A stretch of 62,990 nt of DNA, the filler included, from Catajapyx aquilonaris (lineage: Eukaryota), in assembly GCA_000934665.2 (NCBI GenBank). It is 3 parts of 3 records of this genome, joined end to end, with 100 filler letters (N's around TTAATTAATTAA, not from the genome) between each part and the next. Parts side by side here need not be neighbours in the genome. Positions count along the whole stretch, not along the records: positions 21,005 to 41,987 come from JYFJ02006167.1; positions 42,088 to 62,990 come from JYFJ02006168.1; 1 more part is not named here. The stretch is one strand, 5' to 3'. A program made the translations under genes and the position numbers. This document shows positions 36,924 through 62,990 of the stretch, one piece after another. Position 1 is the first letter of the stretch; the number at the start of each line of letters is the position of its first letter. The notes under the pieces were generated by a model. It saw only the letters and a program-made list of their open reading frames with translations, was not told the DNA's origin and made no database searches.

Positions 36924-39893
36924 TAATTAATATTTCCCAGCTGTATATACCTAATTTGCCATTACATAGTTGCCATATTTAATGTCATAATAAATTAAGC
37001 TGAGGGTTATGATCAATTTTGTGTTGTGGCAAGCATTAACTTTTAACATAAATCATAGATCAACAAAACTGAAACTCAGGTTTTTCACATCTCTCTCTTT
37101 TTTTTTCAAGTTGGGCAAATCAGGTTTTCAAAATGGAACAGTTACAAATTTCCAATTTCATTGAAACATGCATAGATTTTATGTTGATGTTTACAGCAAT
37201 GGTAAATCATGACAAATTTTCAGTCGCATACTTTCCACTAAGGTGTTTCATTTGGCGTATGCAGTCATATTGTCTCATTATGCCATATTGTTCAACCAGC
37301 ATTGCAAAATAATCTCATAAGCATCACTTTAAAAGCATAAATATGCACCATGAAAAATTGGACACGATCTCACACTTCTGTATCAATTTACACATCGTTG
37401 CCATATCCTATATCCTCCTGTGGCCTTTCAAAGTTGAAATAATTGCAAATTTGACAATTTTCCACCCCGACTTTCACAGCTCAGAAAAACCAGAAAAGAG
37501 TGACGTGCATGTTTGCATCTGATTTTATTAGCTCCAATTTGCTTTAAAATTTTTTACTTGCAGCAACAAAATTGATGCTGTCAACATTTACTATCACTAC
37601 AGTCAGTGCTATCAAAACACAATAATTTCCATGTTAATTTTTATGCTAATCACAGCACCAAATTTGCACATTTCCACAATGCACATTAAAATATGTAATG
37701 AGTCAATAATGGCACAATACTGGTTGCAGTGATGTATCTCTTGAAATGGGGGCATCATAAAGCACCACCAAGAGCAAGCACACATGCATTTAATTCCATT
37801 GTAATTTTACTAAAAACACAACCCTAACTATTGGTTGCAACAAAACAAAGCGCATCAAAATTAAAAATTATTGAAGGCCATTAGTATCTGCGATGATTTC
37901 AAGTTGCAACTGCATGACTTTTTAATCTCCCGTGTTCAATCCCAGAACCAACAAAAAGTTTCTGCATCTATTGTTACCAGTGACACCCCCACTAAAAATT
38001 GTGGTGCGCAGTGACACTAAGCCTTCAAGGCAAAGTTGCAATACTGTCGCATGTCATTCCCTCCTGAAATGACTAATTTTGGATTATTGTATACCTGGAT
38101 ATGTGCAGCTGTCATTTTCCAACGCAGCTGTCCTTCCTCAACAGTTGCTACCAGGTTGACACGTTGAAGTCAAGGGTCCTCGTTCCAAGATGATCTCCTG
38201 TAAACAAGAGGCATTAGAAACAAGAAGTACAGAAATGTGGCAATATAACTTACATGTACTGCAAACAGTCAGACGATTTTTCCCAAGTCCTCGACAGTGG
38301 ATCTCCACAGTGGACCGGGAGGCAATGCTGGCCCTGCTGCGGGTTGGTACATGCAGGATCTGGACTAGTTGACCACCAGATGACTCATGTTATGTCCAAG
38401 CTGAAAAGCAATTCACAATGTTGTAAATACACCTCATGTTGCGCATCAGCAACTCTATACACCTTAATTTTGTTGCATGGCTTGGCAATGACATTGGATT
38501 TATTTTGATAACTTTCTACCATTACTCAGAATTAATTAGAATAATAGACCACACATGCTTTGGGAGTTCTGAATATGGTGAAAAAGTTGGTACAATTTGG
38601 ATGATTGTCAATTTTATGCAAATTTGGAGAAGTAGCTCATCGGCATTAACAATTTTTACAACCATTGCGAGGATGAGGCTTCATTTGGATGGGAAGCTAC
38701 CCACCCAAATGCTGTCGGCCATTTTGTGAACACCAAAATTGGGAGAAGGAGTGGTTTTTGACAATAAAATATTAATATAAAAAATCCTGACCTACTGATC
38801 TAATTTCTTGCCCATTAATGAGACCTTCCATTCTGAAATATATCAAGCCCACTAGTTTTTTCTGACACTCATACCCCAGCTCTATATAAATCCCCCCTTC
38901 AGGGGTAGACAGCAGCCCCCCGTAATTCCCTATCTAGCCGTATGGGGAAGGCCGTGAGCTTGGCGAGCAAGTTAGCGAGTCCCCTATCCCCGGACTTGGA
39001 GAACTGTACCAAATCGCACGCAGGCAGATGACTTCTGCCTGCAAGCGCTCGTGAAAAAAGGGAGCGGGGGGGCTTGGTAGACGAGGTGGAGATGTGTTTT
39101 CTGACTGCTGTAGAGATGAACTGCTGCTGCGAACACTGCGAACCTACTCAACCTAGCAGGCAAAGATGCATTTAATAGAAGTTATGGTAGAAATCTATCA
39201 TTTTCTACCGTGTCTTCTATTAAGTCCAAAGGGACCCCACTATGCATTGCAGCTATCGCCCCAGCAGTTCAGCGCCATCGCGACCCCCTGAACGCGATAA
39301 GAGGGGGCATAACCAGACCTGAGTATTCTTAGACCGTGGTTCCCACTATTCACATTGGTGCAACTTGTGTACGTTTCATGAATTTAAAGAAACTTTTAAC
39401 AAATGAAAACTCTGGATCTTTTCTGATTTATTATTCACCTAATTTCCCACCAGAAATGTTGCGCATGATTCCCGTGCCTGCCTCCATCTATATCAATCAT
39501 GTTGTAAAAGCATCACAAAAAGCTGCAGCAAAGAAATAACAAAAATACTGCTTAAAGGGGCAAACTCATATTGACTTGAAACTCCTGATTTGTAAGCCTC
39601 AGTCCAACTTTTCATTTCAAAAGCATGGAATGGTGTTGCTGCGTGTAGTCAGGCGTATTGTTGAATATGACCATGCGCAACCTGTTGGTATCCCGAACCT
39701 ATGCTTGAGGCCTCGATGCGCGCAGGTAGATCATACCTGCAAGCACATTCCGCGCACACAACCAGTAACCAATCACCCTGTAAATTGTTGCTGCCTGATT
39801 CTTGCATTATCATACTTCAAACTAGCGGACTTTAGGCAGGTACGAAGCGGGTGGGGCAGCAGCGCTAAAACTGCTGAGAATGTGCTTCCTTGG

Positions 39894-40217
39894 CAGGCTT
39901 GTGAACCGAACCGAACCCTTGCTCCGTGAATCCGATAACACCGGAGCCACTCCAGAGCAGTAGAGCCTGGTTCGGAGCGAGCGTCGGAGTTTGGTTAGGG
40001 GTCGAGCCGGTTCAGGGGGAGAGTGGAGCCAAGGTCGGAGCTCCTCCGGAGTTTGGTTTGGGCCAGCACCTACGAAGTTGAACCCGGTTCCACTCTCCCC
40101 CTGAACCAGCTCGAACCCAAGCCAAACTCCGACACTCACTCCGAACCCAGCTCTACTGCTCCGGAGTGACTCCGATGTTATCAGGTTCACAGAGTGAGGG
40201 TTCGGTTCACAACCCTG
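39894..40217. mobile_element. hAT-type MITE
   Basis: caggcttgtgaaccgaacc ... ggttcggttcacaaccctg; 8-bp TSD ttccttgg/ctccttgg. Confidence 0.85.
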
Positions 40218-40981
40218 CTCCTTGGAGCCCGGGTTTCTACGGCCCTTCCGCCACCCATGCTTCCCATCACCTGAATCTTAACAAAGCTACCGTGCCAGCC
40301 AAGTCCCACTCACAGCTCATAAAGCAGCCCAACCTGTGCTGCTACCGCTTATTTAAAAATAGCTTTTCTTTAAAAAATATTGATAGCAAAATTAATGTGG
40401 CTCGTTCTGCAACCTCACCTGTTCTGGGGGCAATGGAAGTGGGCCGGCCCGTGGCGTGCCCCGGGTCGGTCTGGCATCACCAGGCCGGTATGGCTTGACC
40501 GCACCATCCTCGTCCCTGCTCCGTGCTGTGGTCGGCCCACGGGCGTGCCCCGGGCAGGAGAGAGACACGACATGCGCATCTTTCTTCCTGTTCGATCCGA
40601 AGGGGAATGAAAGAGGGTGGGTGGTGGGCTGGGTGGTGGGAGGGAGGGAAAGGGAGGCGTTGATTAATCGATACTGCATGTCCAAGTATCGATACTTGCA
40701 TCGGGGCCATAAGAGGCCATGGTTGAAACACGATGTATCGCATCCACATCGATGCATCGGACAGGAGCGTCGCATGGTGGACGGCAGGCAAACTACTCCA
40801 AAGCTTCCAGACGTACCCAGCAGATGGCAGAGGAGTAGTCACGATACATTTTCTAGAGTTGGGTCGACCCGATGGTGGACGCCATCTTTGGTCCAATATT
40901 GTACACCCACCAAGATGGTTAAACATTTTGTTAATATTTACTGCATAATTACAGAACTTGTCATGTATTTCATAGTCTGGA

Positions 40982-41229
40982 CAGGGAGCATATACTACAT
41001 AAGAGGCGGAAACTTCGGTCGGCGCCTTTGATGTTCGCGTCTCTCTGCTTATAGGGCGTTGTCAAGGCTGGCGGCCATTTTGAAGTGTGTGGTACGCCAA
41101 CGAGGTATAATTAGGGTACAGGCAAAAATAGGGTCCGCCATCTTTGATGGTTTTGGCGGCCATGGCAACTACACGGCAAGAACACGCGCGAATTTGAATT
41201 CCATATTGGAATGTAGTATATGCTCCCTG
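40982..41229. mobile_element. MITE with 7-bp TSD (P-element-like)
   Basis: TIR cagggagcatatactacat / atgtagtatatgctccctg; TSD gtctgga (40975-40981, 41230-41236). Confidence 0.85.
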
Positions 41230-41987
41230 GTCTGGAGAGCAGTTCCTTCCAGCTGTATTAGTCTATTGACCAAGGATGCAGAACGTCGCGTCGCGGAGAT
41301 GAAAGTTGGACGTTACGACATAACTACACTCCCCGATATTCACGAAAGACACCCAAGTGAAGGAGAAACGACCGACCTCTTGTTCTCCAGTCAGCATTAA
41401 TGAATTTTTCCAGCACCAAGTTGTGACCTGGAGGGGCATCCATATTGCCCATTGAGTTACTATAATCCTCTTTAACCAACGGGCAGGTTTCTCTTATGCA
41501 CAATTAACCAATCTATAGGTTCTTCTCTGAGGTTCGCAATCCAATGGTAGGCAGACACATTGTCACAAATGCCTGGCAAAAGTGACAACAGGGAACAAAA
41601 CACACACCACGCGTAAAAGTGCTGTAATTATCCCACAATATTATTAGTATGCAAACTATCAAAAACGGTTCAGACGTTCATGACAATATGTCAAACCAAG
41701 CGTTTAAAAAAATGCCAATAAATCCAGGAATTCTATATTGCTTGTAATATTCCTTTTTAACAGCCTTATTTCTACATTTGACGAGATGTGCTGGACCTTT
41801 GCTAGGATAATTCACGTTCCAGGCCTCCAAGTTTGTTAGTCTAATGTAATGAATTATGGTCATGTGTTGTCATTAAACTTTTATGGTACAGTTGCATAGT
41901 GTCATAATCCCACCCAATGACACTAATGAGTTTTTTCCAAGTTGTCTTGTAATATGACGGCATAATACCCTGAAGGTGCAGACTACA

Positions 41988-42087
41988 NNNNNNNNNNNNN
42001 NNNNNNNNNNNNNNNNNNNNNNNNNNNNNNNTTAATTAATTAANNNNNNNNNNNNNNNNNNNNNNNNNNNNNNNNNNNNNNNNNNNN
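41988..42087. other. Artificial contig/gap spacer N44-TTAATTAATTAA-N44
   Basis: Same structure as 20905-21004. Confidence 0.95.
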
Positions 42088-42255
42088 TCCTCTTTCATTT
42101 GGTGTATAACACGTTCATGTACGGTTGATAGGTACGGAGCTATATGCATTTGTAATTATACTATTCATTTGTAATCACCCTGTATAACGCGTTTATGCAG
42201 CACTGATTACTTTCTAGGAGTATAGTCTGAGAGAGATAGCCTGTAATACCTAGAG

Positions 42256-42311
42256 CAGTGGTTTCCAACCGGGGTGTCGCGGGCAGGGTTGCGAGCCTTG
42301 GTTCAACTTTT

Positions 42312-42371
<60 letters not shown>

Positions 42372-42539
42372 TTTTTTTTTCAAGTCCTGTGTCAATCGAA
42401 CCATTTTTGCGGCCGTACAGAGTGTGTGTTTTCTGGAAAGAGGGCAGCTGTAGAAGGGGCCGGGGGAGGGGGGAAAGGGGCGGACATTTATGGAAACATG
42501 TTTCGGGGGTCGCAGTTGGTAAAAGGTTGGAAACCACTG
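42256..42539. mobile_element. hAT-type MITE containing a (TTTC)n microsatellite
   Basis: cagtggtttccaacc ... ggttggaaaccactg; perfect 8-bp TSD acctagag. Confidence 0.9.
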
Positions 42540-42614
42540 ACCTAGAGTAGTAGACTAATCGAAAGAGCTAGATGCCATTGAATTAGGTTAGTGAACTGGA
42601 ACCTACAATAATAG

Positions 42615-42659
42615 CAGGGAGCATATAGCCTACTATATATATTTAGTATATGCTCCCTG
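42615..42659. mobile_element. 45-bp micro-MITE of the 40982 family
   Basis: cagggagcatata ... tatatgctccctg; 7-bp TSD ataatag (42608-42614, 42660-42666). Confidence 0.85.
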
Positions 42660-43157
42660 ATAATAGGTTTCTTGGTAACATAATTATGAATGATGTGGCT
42701 TACCCATATCCTTGCTCATAGTAGGCCTCCTTATAGCAGTTCATGTATAGTACAGTACTGACTACTGAACAGTCAAACAAACGTCCCCCAGTACACGTCG
42801 AGTAGACTTCGAATAAGCGCCGGATGATATTACCGCCCCCTGCCGGACAAATCCATCAGTCAAAATTGAATGTTCCATCCAAGGTCTGTTCCATCCTTGT
42901 TTACTCTTTGGTTCCATCCATCGGTATCAGTGTTGCCAGGTTGAAAGGCGGGACCAGGAGCTGCTGCTCGTATTAATGTAAATTCTTTTATTTTTAACGA
43001 GTCCAAATTATCTCATGCACCCGATAAGAATTTTGCAACTCGGGCCCTCAAATAATCACAATTATAAGTAATGTTTCTGAAGAGAGCAAATCCGGACACA
43101 TCTGGGAATGGAATGGCTGGGGGTCAATGACCCCTTTCAAAAGGCAGTATTAGGTAT

Positions 43158-43191
43158 TACCAGGGATTACTTAGCTAAGTAATCCCTGGTA
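43158..43191. repeat. Perfect 34-bp spacerless palindrome
   Basis: taccagggattacttag|ctaagtaatccctggta. Confidence 0.9.
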
Positions 43192-43986
43192 TTACTGGTA
43201 ATTACCTAAATGCTAAAGTCCTAACCTAAACGATTAATTATGGCACAGATTTGGGGAGAAGGTATTTAAAAAGTAATGTATGAGGTGGTGTCATATTTTG
43301 ATGCCATTCACCTTCCACATGATAACTTACAAATAAGGAGTCGTGCAAATACCACGATGTGACATGGTTTTTTCTGTGTGTGTGTGGGGGGGGGGGGGNG
43401 GGGTTCTGCTGATATACCACTGTTCGTCACGGGGAGGGGGGTCGGCGACCGTTAATGTGTAGTATCTCTGAACTTGGTGAATGGGCACATATGGGAACTT
43501 TTACAGGTGCACATGCGGGTTTGTTTTATATGCAGGGTATGTTATCCTGGATTGAAGAAGAATTACCCTTCACAGAAATCCTGGAAGCAGATGATTGTTA
43601 AACCAATGAATTTTTTTGATTTTAATGCTTTTAAAACTGTGATTTCTATATGGTAGTTTGATTGCGAATCAAAGAAGGTACCGTAAGAGGGGGAGGGGAT
43701 GACTTTGTGACAGTTTTTGAGGTTTTCGTATCAGCAGAAGTGGTTTAATGTTTTCCCAACAAATCTCTTATTGATGTGTACGTATACCCTCATCCTTCCG
43801 CTACATATCCGTGTGCAAATCACATCGATAGCTTCATCCGGTACAAATAAAATATTCGCATTTACATTTTTGTGACAGTGGTCATTTCCTTAAGATTAGA
43901 CAGCAAAGTGACCCCACAAACTCTTTGTAGACAAATTTTCGTCTTTACAATGATGTTTTTAAAAATTGATCATTTATAATGTAAAA

Positions 43987-44979
43987 CTAGTAGGTTACCC
44001 GGTGTTGCCTGGGTATGTTGGGGTGCTGGTAAAGGTTAGGGGTACATATACAGTATATTAGGAAGTGTGTTTGTTTGTAAAAATTTCCCTTCCATACACT
44101 CGAAACTCGATATGTCTTAAAATAGGCCTTATAAGTTACAATCACACCCCCACCTCGTTCCATATGTTTGCTCTCAAGAACTTTAGATTTTGTGCGTACA
44201 GATGCATGGTGGAAAATTTTGTGTTCAACACGGAGTAATATTTGTAAATACTGTATTATTTTATTGTAATTACTTTTGTCTGGAAGTCTACTTTAAAATC
44301 TCACAAAATCCCGGAAATACCATAAGATACGAACTCACATGAGGTGGCCAATTAGCGTAATTGGAGGATGCGTTGAATTAACGGCAATGGTTTAATTTGC
44401 TAGGTATTGTTACATAAGGGCATTTCGTAGGGGCGACAAAGTGGGGCTGCAGAAATGCGCCCACTGATGTGCAGGTCCCGGGTTCGATCCCAGCCCGGGG
44501 TTTCCCCCTTCATCTCGTGCAGAGTTGGATCGTCTCTGCTGGCTTCGTTTCGGGTGGAATCTCCTCAGACTAACCCACCCGGGGAAGTTCACAAAATGTA
44601 CCCGTTGAGAATTGCACTTGCACCTTAGTCACCCTGCCCATGGGCCCGGGCGCTACGTCAAAAAGGTTCCATCAAGACAAAATAAAGGTTCCCTCCCTGG
44701 GGTACGATGCAGAGAGGTAAATAGCCATATTTTTAAAAAGGCATTTCCATGGGAATGCAAATTGATATATTGTTATTGATGTAGGAAGTGAGAAGATTTG
44801 GGAATATGCGTGTTGTGGCAGTTAGGTTCATTTTCGGAAGCTGAAACATGCGGCGTTAGATTCCTTGGAAAAAGTAACCCCTGATATGGTAATTTAAGCC
44901 GGTGTAGGGGCCTTCCCCTGGATTTCTATAAGGGACAAACAAACTCACAAACAAACTTCCTTATTTGTAGATATAGAGA
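43987..44979 (-). mobile_element. Non-autonomous Helitron/Helentron-like element with nested SINE
   Basis: Minus strand begins A|TC followed by (GTTT)n-like repeats and ends with hairpin acccaggcaacaccgggt plus CTAG|T. Subterminal inverted repeat aggaagt..gtttgtttgt. Confidence 0.7.
44428..44740 (+). mobile_element. tRNA-derived SINE family B
   Basis: B box GGTTCGATCCC, shared body, imperfect TSD ggcatttc. Confidence 0.8.
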
Positions 44980-45876
44980 TTATGAAAAACAATGTCATTT
45001 TTTTGGTCTTTTAGTTCAAATCCTTAGCTTCGTAAGTCCACAGTGTCTGATTCTTTTGGATTTTCATGTGGATGTGTATAATTTCGAGTGGCACGGTACC
45101 CTAAAGGACCAGGACATAGGCCAAAACAGTAAATAATATCTGTGGACTGACTTGTGACAAGTTGATGCTGTCACAAAGTCACCCGGAAAAATTAGGATAT
45201 GAAATTCATCTAACACCCTCGTATGTCGTATCTTCTACAAATTAAGTTCAATCCTACATCATGTTGTGACAATACTCCTCTCTTACTAACAGGCTTACTT
45301 CAGTTGTCACACCCATCTTCTGTTCATGACAAGGGCATTAGCTAACATATTAGCTAACACGTAGTCTGCACAATTGATGGAATCAGGTCCACCTTCTTCT
45401 CTGGAAGGGTCAAACTGTTGCCACATGAGGAGCAATTAAGTTTTGGTGATATCTCCACACTAATGATCAGAGTATCCTGCTGGTTAGACCAAGTAACCAA
45501 GCAGCCATGCATCAGGCTGTTACTTGATAATTCACATGACGCCATGATTTATTCAACAAGACTTAATTACCACATAGCATGATGCTTTCCACTTTCCAGC
45601 CACTTGGCATACATCGTAGATAATTTTGATCATGGAATAGAGCACAGAATCACATGCCCACTACTCAGGACTGTCTGACTATTCTGTACCTTATATGGAA
45701 AGTACCAAGAGCCTGGCTTCTTGTCTTATAGGTGTTTGTTACAAAGCAGTTATTCCACTTTATGCATAGTAAAAATATTCCTCAACTGTTGGGTTGAATG
45801 AAGTTTCTCTTGTAATGCCACACTAAATATTTTCCCCAAAACACCTGAACTCTCCTCAATGGCTTTACATTATGTC

Positions 45877-45877
<1 letters not shown>

Positions 45878-45928
<51 letters not shown>
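45878..45928. repeat. (TAA)n microsatellite
   Basis: About 17 perfect TAA units. Confidence 0.95.
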
Positions 45929-45929
<1 letters not shown>

Positions 45930-45969
45930 TAAGCATATTAAGCAATAGACCAGTTGTAATTTAATTCGA

Positions 45970-46003
45970 TTTATTTAACATATAAATAAATAGCATATTT
46001 AAT
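45970..46003 (-). terminator. Candidate CMIP polyadenylation signals (ATTAAA, AATAAA)
   Basis: First canonical hexamers I found on the minus strand downstream of the CMIP stop (plus-strand tttaat 45998-46003, tttatt 45970-45975), followed by a U-rich tract. Confidence 0.45.
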
Positions 46004-46203
46004 GCATAATGTTTTCTTACCGTAAATAATTTACAATTAGTAATATTTCATCAATTAAATAACAATGACAATGTCCATCTATTTCAAAGCTTACGACTTA
46101 TTGCGCCAACTAACATATTAGCTAGAATAACTTCATAAAGGGGGAACATACAACTGCAGAGAACAGCCCCCAGTCACTCATATACCTTATACATTGCTCC
46201 CCC

Positions 46204-46491
46204 TGTGAGCTTAGCTGATCTCCCCCACCAAGGGGGGTTTGCCACGGGTGGCGCTAGGATCACGCACCAAGATAGGTGGCACCACCACTAGTGGAAAATT
46301 CTGAACAATTTTGGTCGACTCCGATTGGCTGGAGTAGTTAAGGCCTCCTACACTACCCCGGCCAATCGGAGTCGACCAAAATGGTTCAGAATTTCCCACT
46401 AGTGGTGGTGATGCCACCTATCTTGGTGTATGATCCTATAGCGCCACCCGTGGAAAACCCCCCCTGGTGGGGGAGATCAACCAAGCTCACA
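46204..46491. mobile_element. Hairpin (palindromic) MITE, about 135-bp arms
   Basis: tgtgagctt..tgatctcccccacca...ttttggtcgactccgattggc is mirrored by gccaatcggagtcgaccaaaa...tggtgggggagatca..aagctcaca. Confidence 0.88.
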
Positions 46492-47022
46492 CAAAAAGGG
46501 GGGGAGTGAGCGGGGCCTGGCAGAGAACAAGAAATATGCATTAAATTCCCTGAGTACAAAACACATTTACTTGCTGAAAAATGGAGAAAATCTCCATTTT
46601 TGTGGGGAAACTACAATGGAGGCAATTTTTTCTTTCATTTTTAGTATACACAGCGAAGAAGTAACCAACAAAGAAGTAAACAATGTCATTAGTTTTGAGT
46701 GACTCCAACAATGACAAAGAGGGAACTAGTAAGGTGCACCTGAAAGTTTCATTCCCAAGATTTGTTTCCATTCCATTCAAATATGTACACCTAGAAATGC
46801 ATCTGGTTAGAAAGGTACACAATTTTGCGTGCACCATAAAAATTTGCTAGTGCACTGTGATGATCTCGTTGGCGCGACAACGAAGCTTCAAAAAAAGTTG
46901 GGGAGGATACCCGTGGTCCTTTGGGAGTCTTTGTTCATCAAACAGGTAAAACACTAATCTAAGTTTTTGCACTGACACATCAATTTGGTCACTGTCATGA
47001 ATGCATCACTGTCTGTTCAGAA

Positions 47023-59982
<12,960 letters not shown>

Positions 59983-62895
59983 CTGCAAACAAAAATATTC
60001 ATCCTTTATAAACTATCCTTCACAGCACCACTATATGTATGACTTTTCGAGCACTGTACCTGCTATTCTTTCGCACAATGACACACAAAATATTCATGAA
60101 CACAACAGAGATCACATCCTGTGAAAGCCCTTTTTGATGTACAAAAAAAGGCAGCCCGGACGTTGAAAGCGCAGAACTGATAAATCGTATCAGCTTTATG
60201 GATAACACTGCAGAAAGAACATTTACTCGCATGAACTGGAATCCATGGTTCTATATGTTCCGAATACCGGAAATAATTAAACTTGAAAATCAGCTCTGGG
60301 GTTTAGATCGATCATGGGGTTATGGGCTAGGGCAACGCCCCGATATAGTTCAAAGGACGCTATAAAATACCAACCTCGGTTATCCACCTCTGCCTCACAG
60401 CAGTAGGCATCTAATTGCATTAAGAAATCAAACAGGCTATGAAGCTTGCTCATTAATTTTCAATGCGCGGGGGGTACTAATGCAGCGAAACCCTCCGCAA
60501 GTCATCATCACTTGCGAAATTCCACATTTTGAAACACCGGTTCTGTCACTGTCACCGAAAGCGCCCATTTGAAATAAGTCTTTCCAAATACACAATATTA
60601 CAATGTACTTTATCACTGTCACTGACATGTTTATGACACCCACATAAGCATGTTTTTAGTTCTCCAGCAGATGCCCAATCTTCCCACGAACTAGAGCGCG
60701 GATATTTAAAGCATTTTAAAGGTTATACTCCTTTCACGTGACCACACTTTGGCAACCTCGCTAAAAATTCCACATTATTCCCCCTCCCCCTAGTGACGTC
60801 AAAATCCAACCGAAAAAAAAACACGAGAGCTGCCTTCGATACCACAAAACCAGGGATGAAAATAAACACCCCGTCCAGTCAGGAACATTAAACTACGTCT
60901 CAGGAAACGGCTGGCCATTTCCACCCGCCCACTCCGGCCAGACTCCGGTTCCGCAGATGAAACCGGATCCAACTCTGGAAACATCGGATCAGCAAGGACC
61001 AATATCAGCAGTCGGTGGACTTGTGCCAAATGGCACCCAAATGTTGTTGTAGAGGCCAGGCAGCATTTGGTGAATGAACCTGCTTGACATGTATCCAGAG
61101 CACAGCGCAGTAATGGAAGCGACGGAATATCGACAGGCCCAGATTGATTCCCGTGTGCGGTCAATTAGCCCAAATGCACCCCAAATGAGTGCCGTTAATA
61201 AAACACGTTCAATTTACTAGTCCTGATCGGAAAGTCACTTTAGAGCCCCGGACGCGACAAGAGTGGACGGCACCTGTTGAAGGTTGGGTTTGGTGCATAT
61301 GCGACATTTTGTCACACTGCACTGAAAGCAATGACTGATACGTCGAAGTGGAGGCTATCGTTGAACGGGCTGAAGGGTCAGCTATTTATCAATAAGAGCC
61401 TTCAAATTGATAACCTCTACTGGCCCCAACGACAGAAATAGAAGCAAACACATGGTTTAACGCCATTAGTATTCTGAAATTGGCTCTAGGGATATTTATA
61501 AATTGCAATTAATTTTCTTCAGCCGACATCTATAACATAGTGTGACACTGATACACGAGGGCACCCTTATTGGGGAAGGAGAGAGCTACTAATTTTTTTC
61601 AGTGATAACTGTACCAACAAAGTTATTTGTCGAAGCACCATTTTGCTCTATATAGGCTACGTTATAGAAAGGTTTCGGTCCAATCGCCTAGAAGCAGCTA
61701 TATGCTGTATACACAATCATGATCATATAGGCCTATCTCTCTGGTTGGGGTCGCAAACTTTGGAGAGTTGTTTTTTGGGGGCAGAAAAGCCTTGCGAAAA
61801 AACATTCGAGCGTTGGCAGCTTTAGCCCACTTTAAGCAAGAAAAGCAATGGCGAAAAATACACCTTTCGCCTTTTACGCAGTTTCGCCCTATTTCTGTCT
61901 ATTATCAATACATCTATGTTTCACTGCCGCAGTAAATAATAAGTGCATAAACAACAAACATAGATATACAGTCGCTCTGCAGGCAGAATGCAATATTCAA
62001 GGGAATTGTATAAGAAACACTTCATGCATCCTACTCCAGTTTTGTGAAGAAGGATAATTTCATTAGTTTCGTGAAGTGCTGGTTCGAGTGCTCTGTTAAC
62101 AGAATTCAGCTCAAGGATGCAGAGGATGTTTCCATTTCTGCCAGTGCCACTTTTATCCACAAAAAGGTTGGACGGTCGGTGTTTAGTAGTTTAGTTATCC
62201 CAATAACCCAAAAGTATTCAGACATTTGCCCAGACCTTGAAAAGTTTATCGGGCAAAGTGCTTTCAAAAATGGTTGGTCAACCATCGGTTGTTATTATAG
62301 TCAAAATTTTATACTTTTAAGGGCATACTGTTTTCTCCAGAGCTCAGTAATACCGTAAATGAGGACTGAATATGATGACGCCAAAAGCAACCCTCCTACT
62401 AAATCCCTGCTGGAACTCTGGAACATAATTTATTTTGTAATCTCAGACTGCAACCCAGAAATGCAGGCTCCCACGGGTTTCCCAAAGAAGCAATCCTATA
62501 ACAGTCCTCCAGTGATTTACTACACCTTCCGCAACTATTCGAGTCTATGAGACCCAACTCAGCACTAGCAGGATTGAAACTACAGTACATAACGTCGAAC
62601 AAACCCTGCTATTTATTACCCGTACGTGTATTATTTCATACAAATGCCGATATACCAATGTGCGCCACACTCGTGGCTAACAATTCAGTTAGCTGGTCAA
62701 TCAACCACACCAATCTATATATAAAAATCCTTCGCACTGAAACGTCACCACTCATGAATTAGTAAAAGCCTGTGTTACAGTTGATGTTATCTTTTGGGAT
62801 CTCCGGGAATACTGATAATATCCATTGTTGGCACCTGTCTGATCATTCATGGTAACCTCTATACATATACCGATATTAACACGATCACATTTATA

Positions 62896-62990
62896 CGAGG
62901 GTCGTCCAATAAGTTCTGAGCCTGATGTTGAAAGACATGTTTGATGGTCAAAATTTTATTACGACTTTTCGACATAGTCACCTTGAACCA
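62896..62990 (+). mobile_element. Probable mariner terminal inverted repeat, cut by the window end
   Basis: TA|cgagggtcgtccaataagt resembles a mariner TIR start; the other end is not visible. Confidence 0.45.

Noticed and set aside
42250..42545. ORFs with KKER or FFLS repeats
   Set aside because: Translations of a (TTTC)n microsatellite inside a hAT MITE.
60799..61164. ORF containing MASRFLRR, similar to CMIP SKFLRR, as the missing first exon
   Set aside because: Flanking residues do not resemble the CMIP PH N-terminus, no following WE.H segment was found, and the region looks like ccgg-rich repeat DNA.

Overview
Eukaryotic, transposon-rich genomic DNA. It is most likely arthropod and probably a hemimetabolous insect; that assignment is inferred from the SINE/MITE types, short introns and CpG pattern. 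The window is three sequence blocks joined by two artificial 100-nt spacers (N44-TTAATTAATTAA-N44 at 20905-21004 and 41988-42087), so adjacency across them is unproven. Two host genes can be reconstructed by hand with canonical GT-AG splice sites. The first is a two-exon, divergent MATH-BTB (SPOP/TDPOZ-like) gene on + (8609-10127, 337 aa). The second is nine coding exons of a CMIP (c-Maf-inducing protein) orthologue on - (47023-59982, 601 aa seen); its first exon(s) were not found in the window. Most of the remainder is mobile DNA: tRNA-derived SINEs with target-site duplications, LINE 3' ends, Tc1/mariner, pogo, hAT, Harbinger and P-like MITEs, a Helitron-like element, a foldback element and several perfect palindromes. 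The most striking region is about 22.7-32.5 kb. It is a dense collage of short, broken coding fragments from unrelated elements (Polinton/adintovirus DNA polymerase B, three hAT pieces, three Myb/SANT pieces, MADF, Gypsy-like gag, Academ, and a 22-heptad Ala-rich repeat ORF), all on the same strand, which resembles a uni-strand piRNA cluster. All family assignments come from remembered motifs, not database searches.
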